The notes beneath the pieces are model-generated. The model searched no databases. It worked only from the letters and a program-made list of their open reading frames with translations, and was not told the DNA's origin. A stretch of DNA of 64,000 nucleotides from the human T2T-CHM13v2.0 reference genome, Homo sapiens. Positions 42,969 through 55,482 of this stretch are shown here, one piece after another. Position 1 is the first letter of the stretch; every line of letters begins with the position of its first letter. Made by a program: the position numbers and the translations under genes. The stretch lies in the NCBI RefSeq assembly GCF_009914755.1, contig NC_060929.1. The stretch is one strand, 5' to 3'.

Positions 42969-45665
42969 ATGGCATACCTTGGAGATATTGCAGGTTCAGT
43001 TACAGACCACTGCAAAAAAGTAAATATTACAATGAAGGAAGTCACACAATTTTTTTGTTTTCCTAATACATATAAAATTATGTTTACACTATTCTGTAGT
43101 CTATTAAGTAGTGTACAATAGCATTACCTCTAAAAACATGTACATATCTTACTTCTAAAATATTTTATTGTTAAAAATGCCAATGGTCATTTTAGCCTTC
43201 AGCAAATCATAATCGATTTGCTGGTACAGGATTTCGTTTTATGTTGATGGCTGCTGACTGATCAGATTGGTGGTTGCTGAAGGCTGGGGTGGTTGTGGTA
43301 ATTTCTTAAAATAAGGCAACAGTGAAGTTTGCCACATCGGTTGACTCTTTCCTTCATGAAAGAAAAATCTTTCGTCAAAGAGATTTCTCTGTAACATGCA
43401 GTGCTGTTTGGCAGCATTTTACTGGCAGTAGAACTTTCTTCAAAATTGAAGTCAATCCTCTCAAATCCCACTGCTGCTTTATCAAATAAGTTTATGTAAT
43501 ATTCTAAATCCTTTGTTGTAATTTCAACAACATTCACAGCATCTTCACCAGGAAGAGATTCCATCTTAAGAAACTACTTTTTTTGCTCATCTATAAGAAG
43601 CAACTCCTCATCTGTTCAAGTTCTATCATGAGATTGCAGCAATTTAATCACATCTTCAGGCTCCACTTCTAATTCTAGTTCTCTTGCTGTTTCCACCACA
43701 TCTGCAGTAACTTCCTCTACGGAAGTCTTGAGCACTTCAAAGTTATTCATGAGGGTTGAAATGAACTTCTTCCAAACTCCTATTAATGTTGATATTTTGA
43801 CCTCCTGTCATGAATCATGAATATTCTTAGTGGAATCTAGGATGGTGAATCCTTTTCAGAAGGTTCCAGTTTACATTGCCCAGATATATCAGAAGACTCA
43901 CTATGTCAGCTATAGCCTTATGAAATGTATTTCTTAAATAAGAAGATGTGAAAGTCAAAATTATTCATTGATCCATGGGCTACAGAAAGGATGTTGTTTG
44001 AGCAGGTATTGTTCTCCTTGTACATCTCCATCAGAGCCTGTGAGTCACTAAGTACATTGTCGATGAGTAGTAATATTTTCAAACATATCTTTTTTTCTGA
44101 GCAGTAGGTCTCAGCATGGAGCTTAAAATATTCAGGAAGCCATCTCATAAACAGAAATGCTGTTACCCAGTCTTTATCCATTTATAGAGCACAGGTAGAA
44201 TAGGATTAGCAAAATTCTTAAGGGCTCTAGAATTTTCAAAATGGTCAATGAGTATTGGCTTCAACTTAAAGTCACCATGTGTATCACCTCCCAACAAGAG
44301 AATCAGCCTGTCCTTTGAAGTTTTGAAACCAGGAATTGGCTTTTCCTCCCTAGATATGCAAGTTCTTAATGGTCTCTTCTTCCAAGATAAGGCTGTTTCA
44401 TCTACACTGAAAAATCTGTTGTTTAATGTAGCCACCTGCATCAGTCATCTTAGCTAGATCTTCTGGATAGCTTGCTGCAGCTTCCACAGCAGCAATTGCT
44501 GCTTCTTTCTGTATTTTTATGCCATGAGGACACCTTCTTTCTCTAAACCTCAAGAAGAAACCTCTGCTAGCTTCAAACTTTATGCAACTTTTTCACCTCT
44601 CTCAAGCTTTATAGAATTGAAGGGCCCTGCTCTAGATTAGGCTCTGGCTTAGTGAAATCTTGTAATTGGTTGGATCTTCTATCCAGGCCACTAAAACTTT
44701 CTCCATATCAATAAGGCTGTTTTGCTTTCTTATCATTTCTGTGTTCACTGAAATAGTACTTTTTTTTTTTTTTTTTTTGAGACAGGGTCTAGCTCTGTCA
44801 CCCAGACTGGAGTGTAGTGTTGTGATCTCAGCTCACTGTAACCTCCACCTCTTGGGCTCCAGCAATCCTCTACCTCAGCCTCCGAAGTAGCTTGGACTAC
44901 AGGAATGCGCCACCATGCCTGGCCAATTTTTGCATTTTTTTGTAGAGACAGAGTTTTGCCATGTTGCCCAGGCTGGTCTTGAACTCCTGGGCTCAAGCAA
45001 TCCACCTGCCTGAGCCTCCTAAAGTGCTGGGATTACAGGCATGAGCCACTGTACCGGGCCTAGAACAGTAGTTTTCATTTCCTTCAAGAACATTTTCTTT
45101 GTAGTCACAACTTGACTAACTGTTTGACAAAAGAGGCCTAGCTTTGGGTTTGTTTCTGCTTACAACATGCCTTCCTCACTGAGCTTAATTATTTCTGGCT
45201 TTTGATTTAAAGTGAGAGATATGTGACTCTTCCTTTCACTTCAACACTTAGAGGCCATTGTAGGGTTTGTAATGGCCTAATTTCAATACTGTTGTGTCTC
45301 AGGAAATAAGGAGGCCCAAGGAGAGGGAGAGAGATGGGGGAATGGCTTATTGGTGAAGTAGTCAGCACACACATATTAATCAAATAAGTTGTGCTGTCTT
45401 ATATGGACGTGGTTCATGGCACCCCCCAAAAAATTACAATAGTAACATCCAAAATCACTGATCATAGATCACCATAACAGATACAATAATAAGGAAAAAG
45501 TTTAAAATATTGCAAGAATTACCAAAATGTGACACAGAGACACAAAGTGAGCACATGCTGTTGGAAAAGTGGCACCAATAGATTTGTTCAACTCAGGGTT
45601 GCCACAAACCTTCAATTTGTAAAAAGTGCAGAATCTATGAAGTGCGATAAAATGAGGTATATGTG
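42969..45665 (-). mobile_element. Near full-length Tigger1 DNA transposon, decayed, with an Alu insertion
   Basis: Both TIR remnants are present (ggcatacctt at left, gaggtat at right). ~2.4 kb after removing the Alu. Transposase fragments in ORFs 44163-44441 ([10 protein letters not shown]...SKDRL...GDFKLKP) and 43918-44181 (KILLLIDN). Confidence 0.92.
44760..45060 (-). mobile_element. AluJ inside Tigger1
   Basis: Poly-T, then gagacagggtctagctctgtcacccag...ctcctgggctcaagcaatcc...gagccactgtaccgggcc. Confidence 0.93.
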
Positions 45666-46021
45666 TGTGTGTGTGTCTGTGTGTGTGTATCTTCTCAAAA
45701 ATGTCTTTTATATACTGTCTGATAGTGTTTTAAATATTTTTCACTCTACTTTTGATGTCTTTGATTTCCAGTTTTTCATTATATGTAGGTTCACTGTGCA
45801 TTATCAGTGGTATATCATACTATGATTAGCAAGGCCTGAGATTATCTCCTTAATACAGCATGAAATTGACTCCAGCCAAAGTAGCCAACTGACATTGAGA
45901 TCACATTCAAAGTTAATACATAGGTTTAGGAAGTAATCCGAACAAAACAGGTCAACACAATAGCAGCCACATAGGTGCCAAGAATGGGCTAGACAGGAGC
46001 TGTTACCCAAACCTTATCATT

Positions 46022-46060
46022 GTTTTTTGTTTTGTTTTGTTTTGTTTTGTTTTGTGTTTT
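46022..46060. repeat. (TTTTG)n simple repeat
   Basis: Direct read. Confidence 0.9.
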
Positions 46061-48280
46061 GCTTTATAATTTTATGCTTCTGATATCTTTAGGGGCCTAT
46101 GGATGAGAACTTTTACTGTGGCTGTTCATGACTACGACCATTTCGGGGATTCTTGATAGGAAGAAGAAAGTACAGGCATAGCCTGAAGGATTTTATTTTC
46201 AAGGCTGAAATTGTAGGCAAAGTGTGACAAGACACATTAAGGAGAATAATCACAGGATACATGCATGCGCACACACTCATGCACATGAATGGTTGTGTGT
46301 GTCTTGGAAGGCAGGCAGCTTTCTTGGCTTGGAGTCAGGAGTACCAGAGTGGCATGCTGGTCCTGATAGGAAGCTGAGACAAAGGAACCCACAAGAGAGT
46401 TTTCTGACTTCCCAGGAATAATGCCAAGGTTCAGAGTCTCCACAGGTATGGAAGTGAGGGTCTGGGATTTACTTTAGATCCACACTACCTGCCCATGTAC
46501 TTCCCTTGAATGAGGCCTGGCCAAGGAAGAATGACCCTGCCCCTCTTGGCCCAGCCTTTCTTTGGCCCTAATGGAGACATGAACTTTGGATTCCTCATAG
46601 CTCTATAAAGATATCTTTACATTAGATCCCTTAATAGCAGAAGCTTCTGCCTACCTTGGCTTCACTTATGACAGCCATAAGCATTGTTAACTGTACCTCC
46701 TTTTGGTAGAACACTTGGCATTCTACAAAATATTTCAAACCTGGTATCCAATGCAATCCTCACAATACTCCTAATGTAGAGTTAGGGTGGTATTATCTTG
46801 ATTTGCAGTTGAGGATACAGACCCAGGGAAGAACTTGGTTTAGGTCAAACAGCTCGTGAGTGGCAAAGCAGCTCTGGAGACTTCCAGAGACTTCCCTTGC
46901 CACAGTCCTATGCTTCCCTTCTAACTGTGGGCAAGCTTCTAAAAAATTAATATCTAAGCTGCTGGGAGGACTCATCTTTATGTTTTTTTTCCAGATGAAT
47001 TCGTGGCAGTATGTCTTCTTCAAAAAATTATGGATGAAATGAACAAAGAGATAAACTCAGTTTATTCATATTCTTTGTCTCCAGGTTCTATTTACCTCTG
47101 ACTCTGCAATGATGAATAAATTGTTCGCTTATCTGATGATCAATTTCTGTCTTTAAAATGGAGAGGATAATACTTGTCACCCACTACCATCACTAGAATG
47201 AAGGAACTAATGCTTCTAAAGTGTTGTGAAAGAGATGCTCTAGAAATAGAAATATGAGGCTTTTATTGAACACATTTAAATGTGCTTTTTAACTGAAATT
47301 ATGGTTTTATCAAAGATTCTTGCTACACTGAACTCATCACAATTTGTATTATTATTATTACTATTTTTCCTGTTTTACTTTGAATGCCAATGCAGCAAAT
47401 AGACTTTCCAATTTTATAGATCTTACCGTTTTACAGACAACTGCTGAGGGCTACAATCCCCTTATCTTATACTGTCCACCGAAGCTTTGTTTTACCTGAT
47501 TTGTTCTAGCTATAGACATAAACATTGATCATTTGCTCCGCACAGGTAACAACATATTCTATAGAAACTGGCCAAGAAAATTGCATAAAATGATGAAACA
47601 GGCTTTGCTTGGACACTAAAAGCGCCACTTCGCTAAATAATCCAGCAATGGCACAACAGGCTTACTGGACCTAGTGACTGTCTTCATTAGTCAGACTGGC
47701 TGGCAGGCTTTCTGCGCAGGGGAACTAGAGAGTTTGTAAGCTCTCCAAACAGTCCCTGAGGTACAGCAGCCAGACAGCTGAGGTCTTCCTAATGAATACT
47801 TCAACAAGCCAGAGTTCGCAGGGATAAAACCATTAAGCCACAGAGACAGCTATGGCTTTTAAATTTGATGTGGTATGCTAACTCTTGAGAGGACATTTTA
47901 AGATAAGAAATGCAAACTTCCACATTGGGTTGGATTGTCCAAAGCACCTGAACAAATAAAATGTTTTCCATAAAGATGTTATTGGCTATCAAAGTTGACT
48001 TTGAAATGATACAAAAGCATTTTTCTCAAAGAATCTGAAATTCACAAATAAGAATTTTTGTGAATATTATACTTTATCAACTATATCGGGGAGGAAATTT
48101 TTTTCTAAATTTAATTAGTATCATTTAGCTTTTCCTTCTTTTGTTTTAAGGAAGACAATAAACTAATACACTGCTAAAAGTCTTCTAAGAAATAATTATA
48201 TTTACTCTGCAAAGTAATTTTTAACTTTACTCTGCAAAGCACCTGTCAAAGTTCTTCACTTAGTTGTAATAAGCAGTGTC

Positions 48281-48282
<2 letters not shown>

Positions 48283-48324
<42 letters not shown>
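48283..48324. repeat. (AC)21 microsatellite
   Basis: Uninterrupted AC run, direct read. Confidence 0.97.
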
Positions 48325-48326
<2 letters not shown>

Positions 48327-50273
48327 CCAGTTCATTCCTCAAACAATTTTGTTAACTTTCTTAAATACAGGAAGTTCTAGCTTAAATGATTCTTCCTCAT
48401 GGCACCAGTCATATTTTGCATGCTTTGGTTAGAGATGCGTTTTTTGTGTTGTTTTGTTTTATTTTATAAAATGAGCAACATTCTTCCATTAACCTGTCAA
48501 GAAACTGTTCTTTTGTTCATCTCATGCCCACAAAAACAAGCACACGATGTTTGGAAAACAATCTACAATAATTTCAATGGGATCAGTATGTTAGAATATA
48601 ACCAAATGTTGAGATTCTCTCTAATTTATTGACCTGAAATTCCTTCAGGGTCACAAGAAACTTGCCCTACAGACATTTGGTGTGTTTTAGTATCAGACTG
48701 GTACTACAGCAATAGTGCTAGGTCAAATATCAGTATGTGTAATACTTTTTCTGAAAAGCTCATTGTGCTTCACTGAAAAAGTCACTCAAACACATAGAGA
48801 AATTAAGACACTGCCTGTGTAACTGAAATAAATGATTTTTTTAAAAAAATCAGTTACTTTAGGCATTTCAATGCTGAACTCACTAATGGAGCAGAAGAAT
48901 GAGAGCTTGAGTCTGCTTTACAGGAATCTGGGGTACTGTGATACAACCTATAGTATCTGCTATTTTTTAAAATAACAATTTTTTTTTAATTTTCAATAAA
49001 TATATTGACATATCCTAAAGATACTTAAGACTATATTTTTGATTATTAATTCTTGGAAATCTTTAAATACATACAATGAAAGTCTCATTTTAAGTTATTA
49101 AAGCTCCCAGTCTTCATTTCTGTTTTTGTTTTTCTCACAAATAAAATTAAAATGTGGCTTCAAGAAATCATAATATGCCATTCTTATGTCATGAGTGCTA
49201 AGAGAAAAGCCACTTAGAATCAGGGAAGACCAAATGAATATTTTAAATTGTGATGTAGTACACTAGTGTATTATTTACATCACTAAAGCAAACCACTTGT
49301 TATATGCCTGGCATAAAGCACATTCTTACTTTTACTTCTCAAGGAACCCCATAAAATATATCAATTCAATTGCAATTCTAAATGTATTAGCAAATTGGTA
49401 ATGTTACTAAGTTCAAGGAGAAATTCTTTTGAAGTATCTAGGAATCCAGAAGAACATTATTTTACAACTTCCTTTCCTAGATAAATAATTATGACGTCTT
49501 TGTGTGTTTAGTTAGCATTGGCATTTCAGCTAATATTGACCAAAGAAGCTAGTGTGGCTATATTTAAACTCTGTCAGAGTTTCACCACCACATCACAGCA
49601 CATTTTAAGTATTTTATAATGAATGAGACCTATTATTGCCAGAGCACACTTCAAATTCATTCATTTTTCCTCTCAAATTGTTTTTCCAGTTATGTCTGCC
49701 AAAATTGTAGCAAATCACTTTTATTTGAAACAAAGATTTCATATTTCTATTTCAGTCCTTCCTCTCTGAAGCCAGGATGAAATAACGTTGCGATGTAATA
49801 CAACAAACCATATACTTCCAAGTTGAAATGACAGGTAATTGATTATGAGTCAGTCTGCAAAAGATTGGTGATTAGAGAAACCATATCCTGCTTAAATACA
49901 TTTCTTTCATTCTCATAAACCAGATGGTACCTTGTGTCACTGACTGTCATTAACAATTTTTACCACCACAGTCATAGTGGTCAACAAAGCAGATAAAGTA
50001 AAAAAATAATATAATGTGTAGTAGGATCTGAATAAATGTACATAGCCCGAATTCATTTTTCTGCTGTTGTGCTTAATAAAGCCTAAAAATAAGGTCATAA
50101 ATGCTTATAGCATGAAAAAAATTTAACCTACCTTTATAGGAAAAGCAATTGAAATCAAAGGTGTGGTAACATAAGTGGGTCATGCTAAATGCATCTTAGC
50201 TACATTAAACTCACATGGGATAGCAATGAGTATTTCATGGGATAACCATATAATTCATCTTAGAAATGCATAC

Positions 50274-50557
50274 TTTTTTTGAGATGGGATCTCTCTCTGT
50301 CCTCCAAACTGCAGTAAAATGGTGTGATCTTGGCTCACTGCAGCCTTCACCTCCTGGACTCAAGCAATCCTCTCACCTCAGGCTCCTGACACACCAGTTG
50401 CACATTCAGGTAATTTTTTTTTTTTTTTTTTTTTTTTTTGGAGAGACAGCATCTCGCTATGTTGCCCAGGCTGGTTTTGAACTTCTAGGCTCAAGCAAAC
50501 CTTCCACCTCAGCCTCCCAAAGTGCTGATATTATGCAGTAAACCACCAATCCCAGCC
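50274..50557 (-). mobile_element. Diverged AluJ with an expanded central poly-T
   Basis: gatcttggctcactgcagcc...ctatgttgcccaggctgg...cctcccaaagtgctg. Confidence 0.88.
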
Positions 50558-50989
50558 AAATACAAAGATTTTTAACTGACACAAGGCATGATTAAGAGTT
50601 TCCCAGGTAAACTGTGTAGTCACCATCCGTATATATGCACTGTGCCTTTGGCAGTACACAGCTGTTCAGTACTGTGAGAAAAAAAAAAAACGGACTGTTT
50701 TATCAATAGCAAGCTTAACATGTTCCAAACCATGTAGTGGATATTGAAGGATGCATCTCAGTTGAATTGAATAAAGCATAACTGTAAAGTTATGCTTTAT
50801 AATTTTGTATAATAAACTGTTTAAAAATTATTCAATTAAGATTTCTTGATTTTCCTACCAAATTTTGTTTCTATGTCACTTTTGGACATAGAGGAGGAAT
50901 AACTCCTTTCTTCATGCCATTAAAGTAAATCAATTGAAGCTTACTTTTCTACAACTATATTAAATTTTAACTTAAAAAATCTTGCTTTA

Positions 50990-51024
50990 ATCACTTCTTG
51001 GCCTTTTGGCAAAGAACAAGTGTA
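50990..51024 (+). pseudogene. 3'-truncated U2 snRNA retropseudogene (U2 nt 1-35)
   Basis: atcacttcttggccttttggcaaagaacaagtgta versus U2 ATCGCTTCTCGGCCTTTTGGCTAAGATCAAGTGTA, 31/35 identical. 14-bp TSD at 50976-50989 and 51025-51038. Confidence 0.9.
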
Positions 51025-51440
51025 AAAGTCTTGCTCTAATGTACTCAGTGTGATATATCCTCATGCTTTGTTTGTTAGGTTCTTCCCCAAAAGTGGTTTA
51101 TGAAGAAGTCTTTATAGCTTCTACATCTGTCCTGTTCAGTGTAAAGGACTACCAACATGCTCTCTTTTAAACACAAAATGCCTTTTGCAAACCAAAGTGG
51201 ACATGGACAAAAATTTATTTTAAAACATTTCAGTTCTGCCATTATAAGAAAATAGAAATTTGCAAAAGGCAACTGGAAACCACTCTTTATGATCTGGAGA
51301 TGGAATATCTACATTGCAAAGTTACCTTAGCTACCTGGCCATCCAGTTGATCTCTGCACCATAAATTTCTCCCTCTAGAAGGGAGATTTTCTTGCTGAGT
51401 GAGGTTGTGGATAAAACATGTAACAGCTCTGGAACCACAA

Positions 51441-51801
51441 TGCAATGGTTTGAATACATCCCCCAAATTTCATGGTTGGAAACCTAAAATTCATATGTTA
51501 ATTAGAGGTGGGGCCTTTGGGAGGTAATTAGGATTAGATAAGGTCATCAGGATGGGACCCCATGATGAAACTGATTGCTTTAAAGAAGAGGAAGAGAGAC
51601 CTGAGCTTATATACATGCTCTTGCTCTCTCACCATGTGATGCCTTCCGCATCTTATGACACAGAATGAAGATTCTCACCAGATGCTAGCACCATGCTCTT
51701 GGACTCCCCAGCCTCCAGAACTGTAAGAAATAACTTCCTTTTCTTTAAAAATTACCCAGTCTGTAATATCCCAATATAGAAATGCAAAACAGACTAAGAT
51801 A
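51441..51801 (+). mobile_element. MST-type MaLR solo LTR (MSTC/D-like)
   Basis: tgcaatggtttgaat...gaggtggggcctttgggaggtaattagg...cagcctccagaactgtaagaaataa...cagactaagata. Confidence 0.88.
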
Positions 51802-52359
51802 TATGATGTCAAAGTTGGTGCTAAATTTCCTGTTTACCTAATTATTGTCCTACTACAAGAAAGATCTGAACTTACATTCCAATCTATCTGACAGGTTCAG
51901 GATCTTTTTAAATTAAATGTATCTTATAAAGGACAATTACTTACATATATCGACAAACTATGTTCCAGGGAATATTCTTTGTGATCTTAAAAGGCACTCT
52001 AAAGCAAAATAATGTGTCAGTGTGTATAAGTTTGGAAAAACTTTTGCACTCTATTTCTCTCTTGGAGATTCATAATGCAAATTTAGGATATGGAAGTTCT
52101 AGAAAAATCTTGACTTAAAGAAATCTGTTCATTTTATTGAAGCCACCAATTCCCAAAAGAATTTGCCAGTTAATATGTTTTTCAGGAAACATTTTATAAT
52201 ATCAAAGATATTTGGAATTCCTGAAAATACAGTTGGGGAAATTTTTTAAAGATAGTTGAGAAGGGACAATAATAAGAAAAGGCAACATAAAAGGAGTCAA
52301 AATGTAGGAAATGTTTATATGACTTACCTTTGATTTTGTCAGTCATAAGAGAGTAAACT

Positions 52360-52660
52360 GGCTGGGTGTGGTGGCTCATGCCTGTAATCCCAGCACTTTG
52401 GGAGGCTGAGGCGGTTGGATCACCTGAGGTCAGGAGTTCCACGCCAGCCTAGCCAACATGGCGAAACCCTGTCTCTACTAAAAATACAAAATTTAGCTGG
52501 TTGTGGTGACATGCATCTGTAATCCCAGACACTCAGGAGGCTGAGGCACAAGAATTGCCTGGACTCAGGAGACAGAGGCTACAGTGAGCCAAGATCGTGC
52601 CACTGCACTCCAGTCTGGGTGACAGAGCGCGACTCCATCTTGAAAAAAAAAAAAGGAAAA
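52360..52660 (+). mobile_element. Full-length AluS
   Basis: ggatcacctgaggtcaggagttc, A-tail, TSD-like agagtaaa(c/t)t on both sides. Confidence 0.93.
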
Positions 52661-54032
52661 AAGAGTAAATTGCTCTCTCTTTGGGATATTCCTCAATTTG
52701 ATTCCCCCAGGAGCATGATGAAGGAAACAATTAATAATTGAAAAATTCTAATGATAAATTAAGTATAAGATATTCTCTTTATTGAATGACAACAGTATAA
52801 TATGACATAAATATCAATAACTACTGACATCAATATAAAACAAAGAGGTAATATGAATAGAGAAATAATAAAGATATAATATTAAAATAATTAGAGAGGG
52901 GAGGAAGCTTACTTTCTAATTTCTCCTCTTGCTATATTTTCGAATAAGAAATGGTTTTTGTTGTAGGTCAAAATGGTCAAATACTCTCAATATTATATTG
53001 TTCTATCTAATGAATTCTAAGACACTTTTTATTATTATATTTGTTTTATAACATAAAAAATAGGATCAGTGTCATGTTCATGATTGTTCAGCAAGCAATT
53101 GACCCAGTTGCTTCAATCTTGACATATCTAATTGAAATTCCAAATGTTTTCTGCTATATGGTTTTAACTTGAGCAATTGTAGGATGATTGACTTAAAATA
53201 AGCATATGTGTGTGTACCTCTGAAGGAGAAAAAATCTGAGAGAAATATATCAGATTCTACAAAACTCAACTGTTATTCTGTTTCTTTAATATCTAGGTAG
53301 AAAGTTGTATTTGGAGGAAGATTTAATTGCTTCAACTCAGAGTATATTATTTATTTAAAACCAAAAAGCCTAGTGCTTCTCTTGTGCCTATTGTCAGTCA
53401 CTGGCCCTTCCCTATGACTAATCTATATTGAGGATATTTGGAGTTTAATCCTGAGTCACTCTGTAGCAAAACTGCCAGGTATACCTACAGGATAGTGAAT
53501 AGAAACATGAAAGGTTTGCCTCATTAAAGAATTCATGAGGTTAAATCCATATGTAGCAGGTGCAACTTGCTGCTATAGCTGCCCTTTTGCCACCCATATA
53601 TGTTGCTTTGCCTCAGATGATTATCTTATTCTCTCTCCCCATGTGGTAAAAAGAATGAAGAGATTAGCCACATAAGCTCACATAGTCCAGGTATTTCAGA
53701 ATCAGTAAAGTGAGTCTATTCACAAGCCTAACAAAGGAAATGAGGATAGATTATGGCAACTGCTAATGAAATTTATATTTCAACCAACAATACAATTAAG
53801 TGAGGGATGATCTCTTGTTCCTAGTTGACTAAACTGCAAAATTCACCTTTATCCTAAATTTCATTATGAATTTAAGAGAATGATATGAGTTGAATTTAAT
53901 AACCTTATGTCGATCAGGTGAAAATTCAGGAAGAAAAGAAGCCGTCTACATCGCGGTGGATGCCTTGGCTTATGAAAACTTTGGTAGGTCTTTATTTGTC
54001 AGACTTATTCTTCCATTTCTTTTCAGTGCTAC

Positions 54033-55482
54033 CGAAACAGGAAAAGTTCCCTCGTCACCCTTGCAGGGTGTGCGGTGGGGGTGTGTCCTGCTTCTTTGGT
54101 CAAATCTCTAGGGGGAACATGCAGACAGGCTCTGGGGCTCTGAACTCACAGCAGCATCTAGGGGTGAATGTTTACAGCACCGGAAGCTCCCGCAGGCATG
54201 TGTTACCATGTGCTCTTTTAGTTTTGCCATCTGTAGGTGGCTTGTGTTTAGCAGCTCAATCAGACCCCCTGACTTATGGCAATGTGTCCGGAATTTATTC
54301 CTTCCAGTGGGTTCTTGGTCTCGCTGACTTCAAGAATGAAGCCGTGGACCTTCACGGTGAGTGTTACAGCTCTTAAAGATGGTGTGTCCGGAGTTTGTTC
54401 CTTCAGATGTGTTCAGAGTTTCTTCCTCCAGCTGGATTTGTGGATTTGCTGATCTCAGGAATGAAGCCGCAGATCCTCGCCATGAGTGTTACAGCTCATA
54501 AAGGTAGTGCAGACCTAAAGACTGAGCAGCAGCAAGATTTACTGTGAAGAGGGAAAGAACAAAGCTTCCACAGCGTGGAATGGGACGCGAGCAGGTTGCC
54601 GCTGCTGGCTCAGGTGGCCAACTTTTATGCCTTTATTTGGCCCCGCCCACTTCCTGCTGATTGGTCCATTTTACAGAGGGCTGATTGGTGCGTTTTTACA
54701 GAGCACTGATTGGTGCATTTACAATCATTTAGCTAGACACAGAGCGCTGATTGGTGCGTTTTTACAGAGTGCTGACTGGTGCATTTACAATACTTTAGCT
54801 AGACTCAGAGCTCTGATTGGTGCATTTACAATCCTCTAGCTACACAGAAAAGTTCTCCAAGTCCCCACCCGACCCAGGAAGTCCAGCTGGCTTCACCTCT
54901 CAGCAAGGACAGAGGGCTTTCTGTATCCTGGGGTTTCTTGCCTTGGTGTACCAAAAGAGTCAAATCACACATGGGCTTGGAGAAAGAGTGCAAGGGTTGA
55001 GTGGAAGTAGCTCTCAGCAGATGGGGGAGCCAGAAGGGAGATGGAGTAGGAAGGTGGTCATCCCCTGGAGTCGGGCCATTCAGTGGCCCTCCTCTGACCA
55101 CCCGGCCAAACTCCTCATCGTTCTGCGGATGGATGGCCTGCAAGCCTCTGCTGGTGCCTGTTGATGTGATCTTCCGGGTGCGTTCCTCTCAATGTCCAGC
55201 TGCTTGTGTCTTCTTCCGCCCGTGTGTTTCTCTCCACATCCAGGTGCTTGTGTGTGTACCCTCTAGGGTCTCGGGGTTTTTATAGGCACAGGATAGGGGT
55301 GTGGTGGGCTAGGGTGGTCTTGAGAAATGTGACATTTGGGCAGGAAAACAGAAATGTCTGTCCTCTCCTCAGTCCGTGGGCACAGGCCTAGATATGGAGC
55401 CCTAGCCAAAAGAGTCAAATCACACATGGGCCAGGGACCTGCCTTTCTCTATCCAGTACTTCCGTGCCCCAAGCCCGATTTA
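54033..55482 (-). mobile_element. ERV1 solo LTR of the LTR27/LTR28/MER52 group, split by LTR12
   Basis: The reverse complement contains ggctagggctcc...gcctgtgcccacggac...tttcctgcccaaatgt...cctgtgcctataaaaacccc. The halves rejoin across the GCAA TSD. Confidence 0.7.
54283..54902 (-). mobile_element. LTR12 (ERV9) solo LTR, 620 bp
   Basis: TG..CA termini, 4-bp TSD gcaa (54279-54282 and 54903-54906), ttcttggtctcgctgacttcaagaatgaagccg, and tandem ctgattggtgc repeats. Confidence 0.93.

Noticed and set aside
43262-44441. Possible domesticated TIGD-like transposase gene
   Set aside because: The ORF is fragmented by stops and frameshifts, and the element is interrupted by an Alu.
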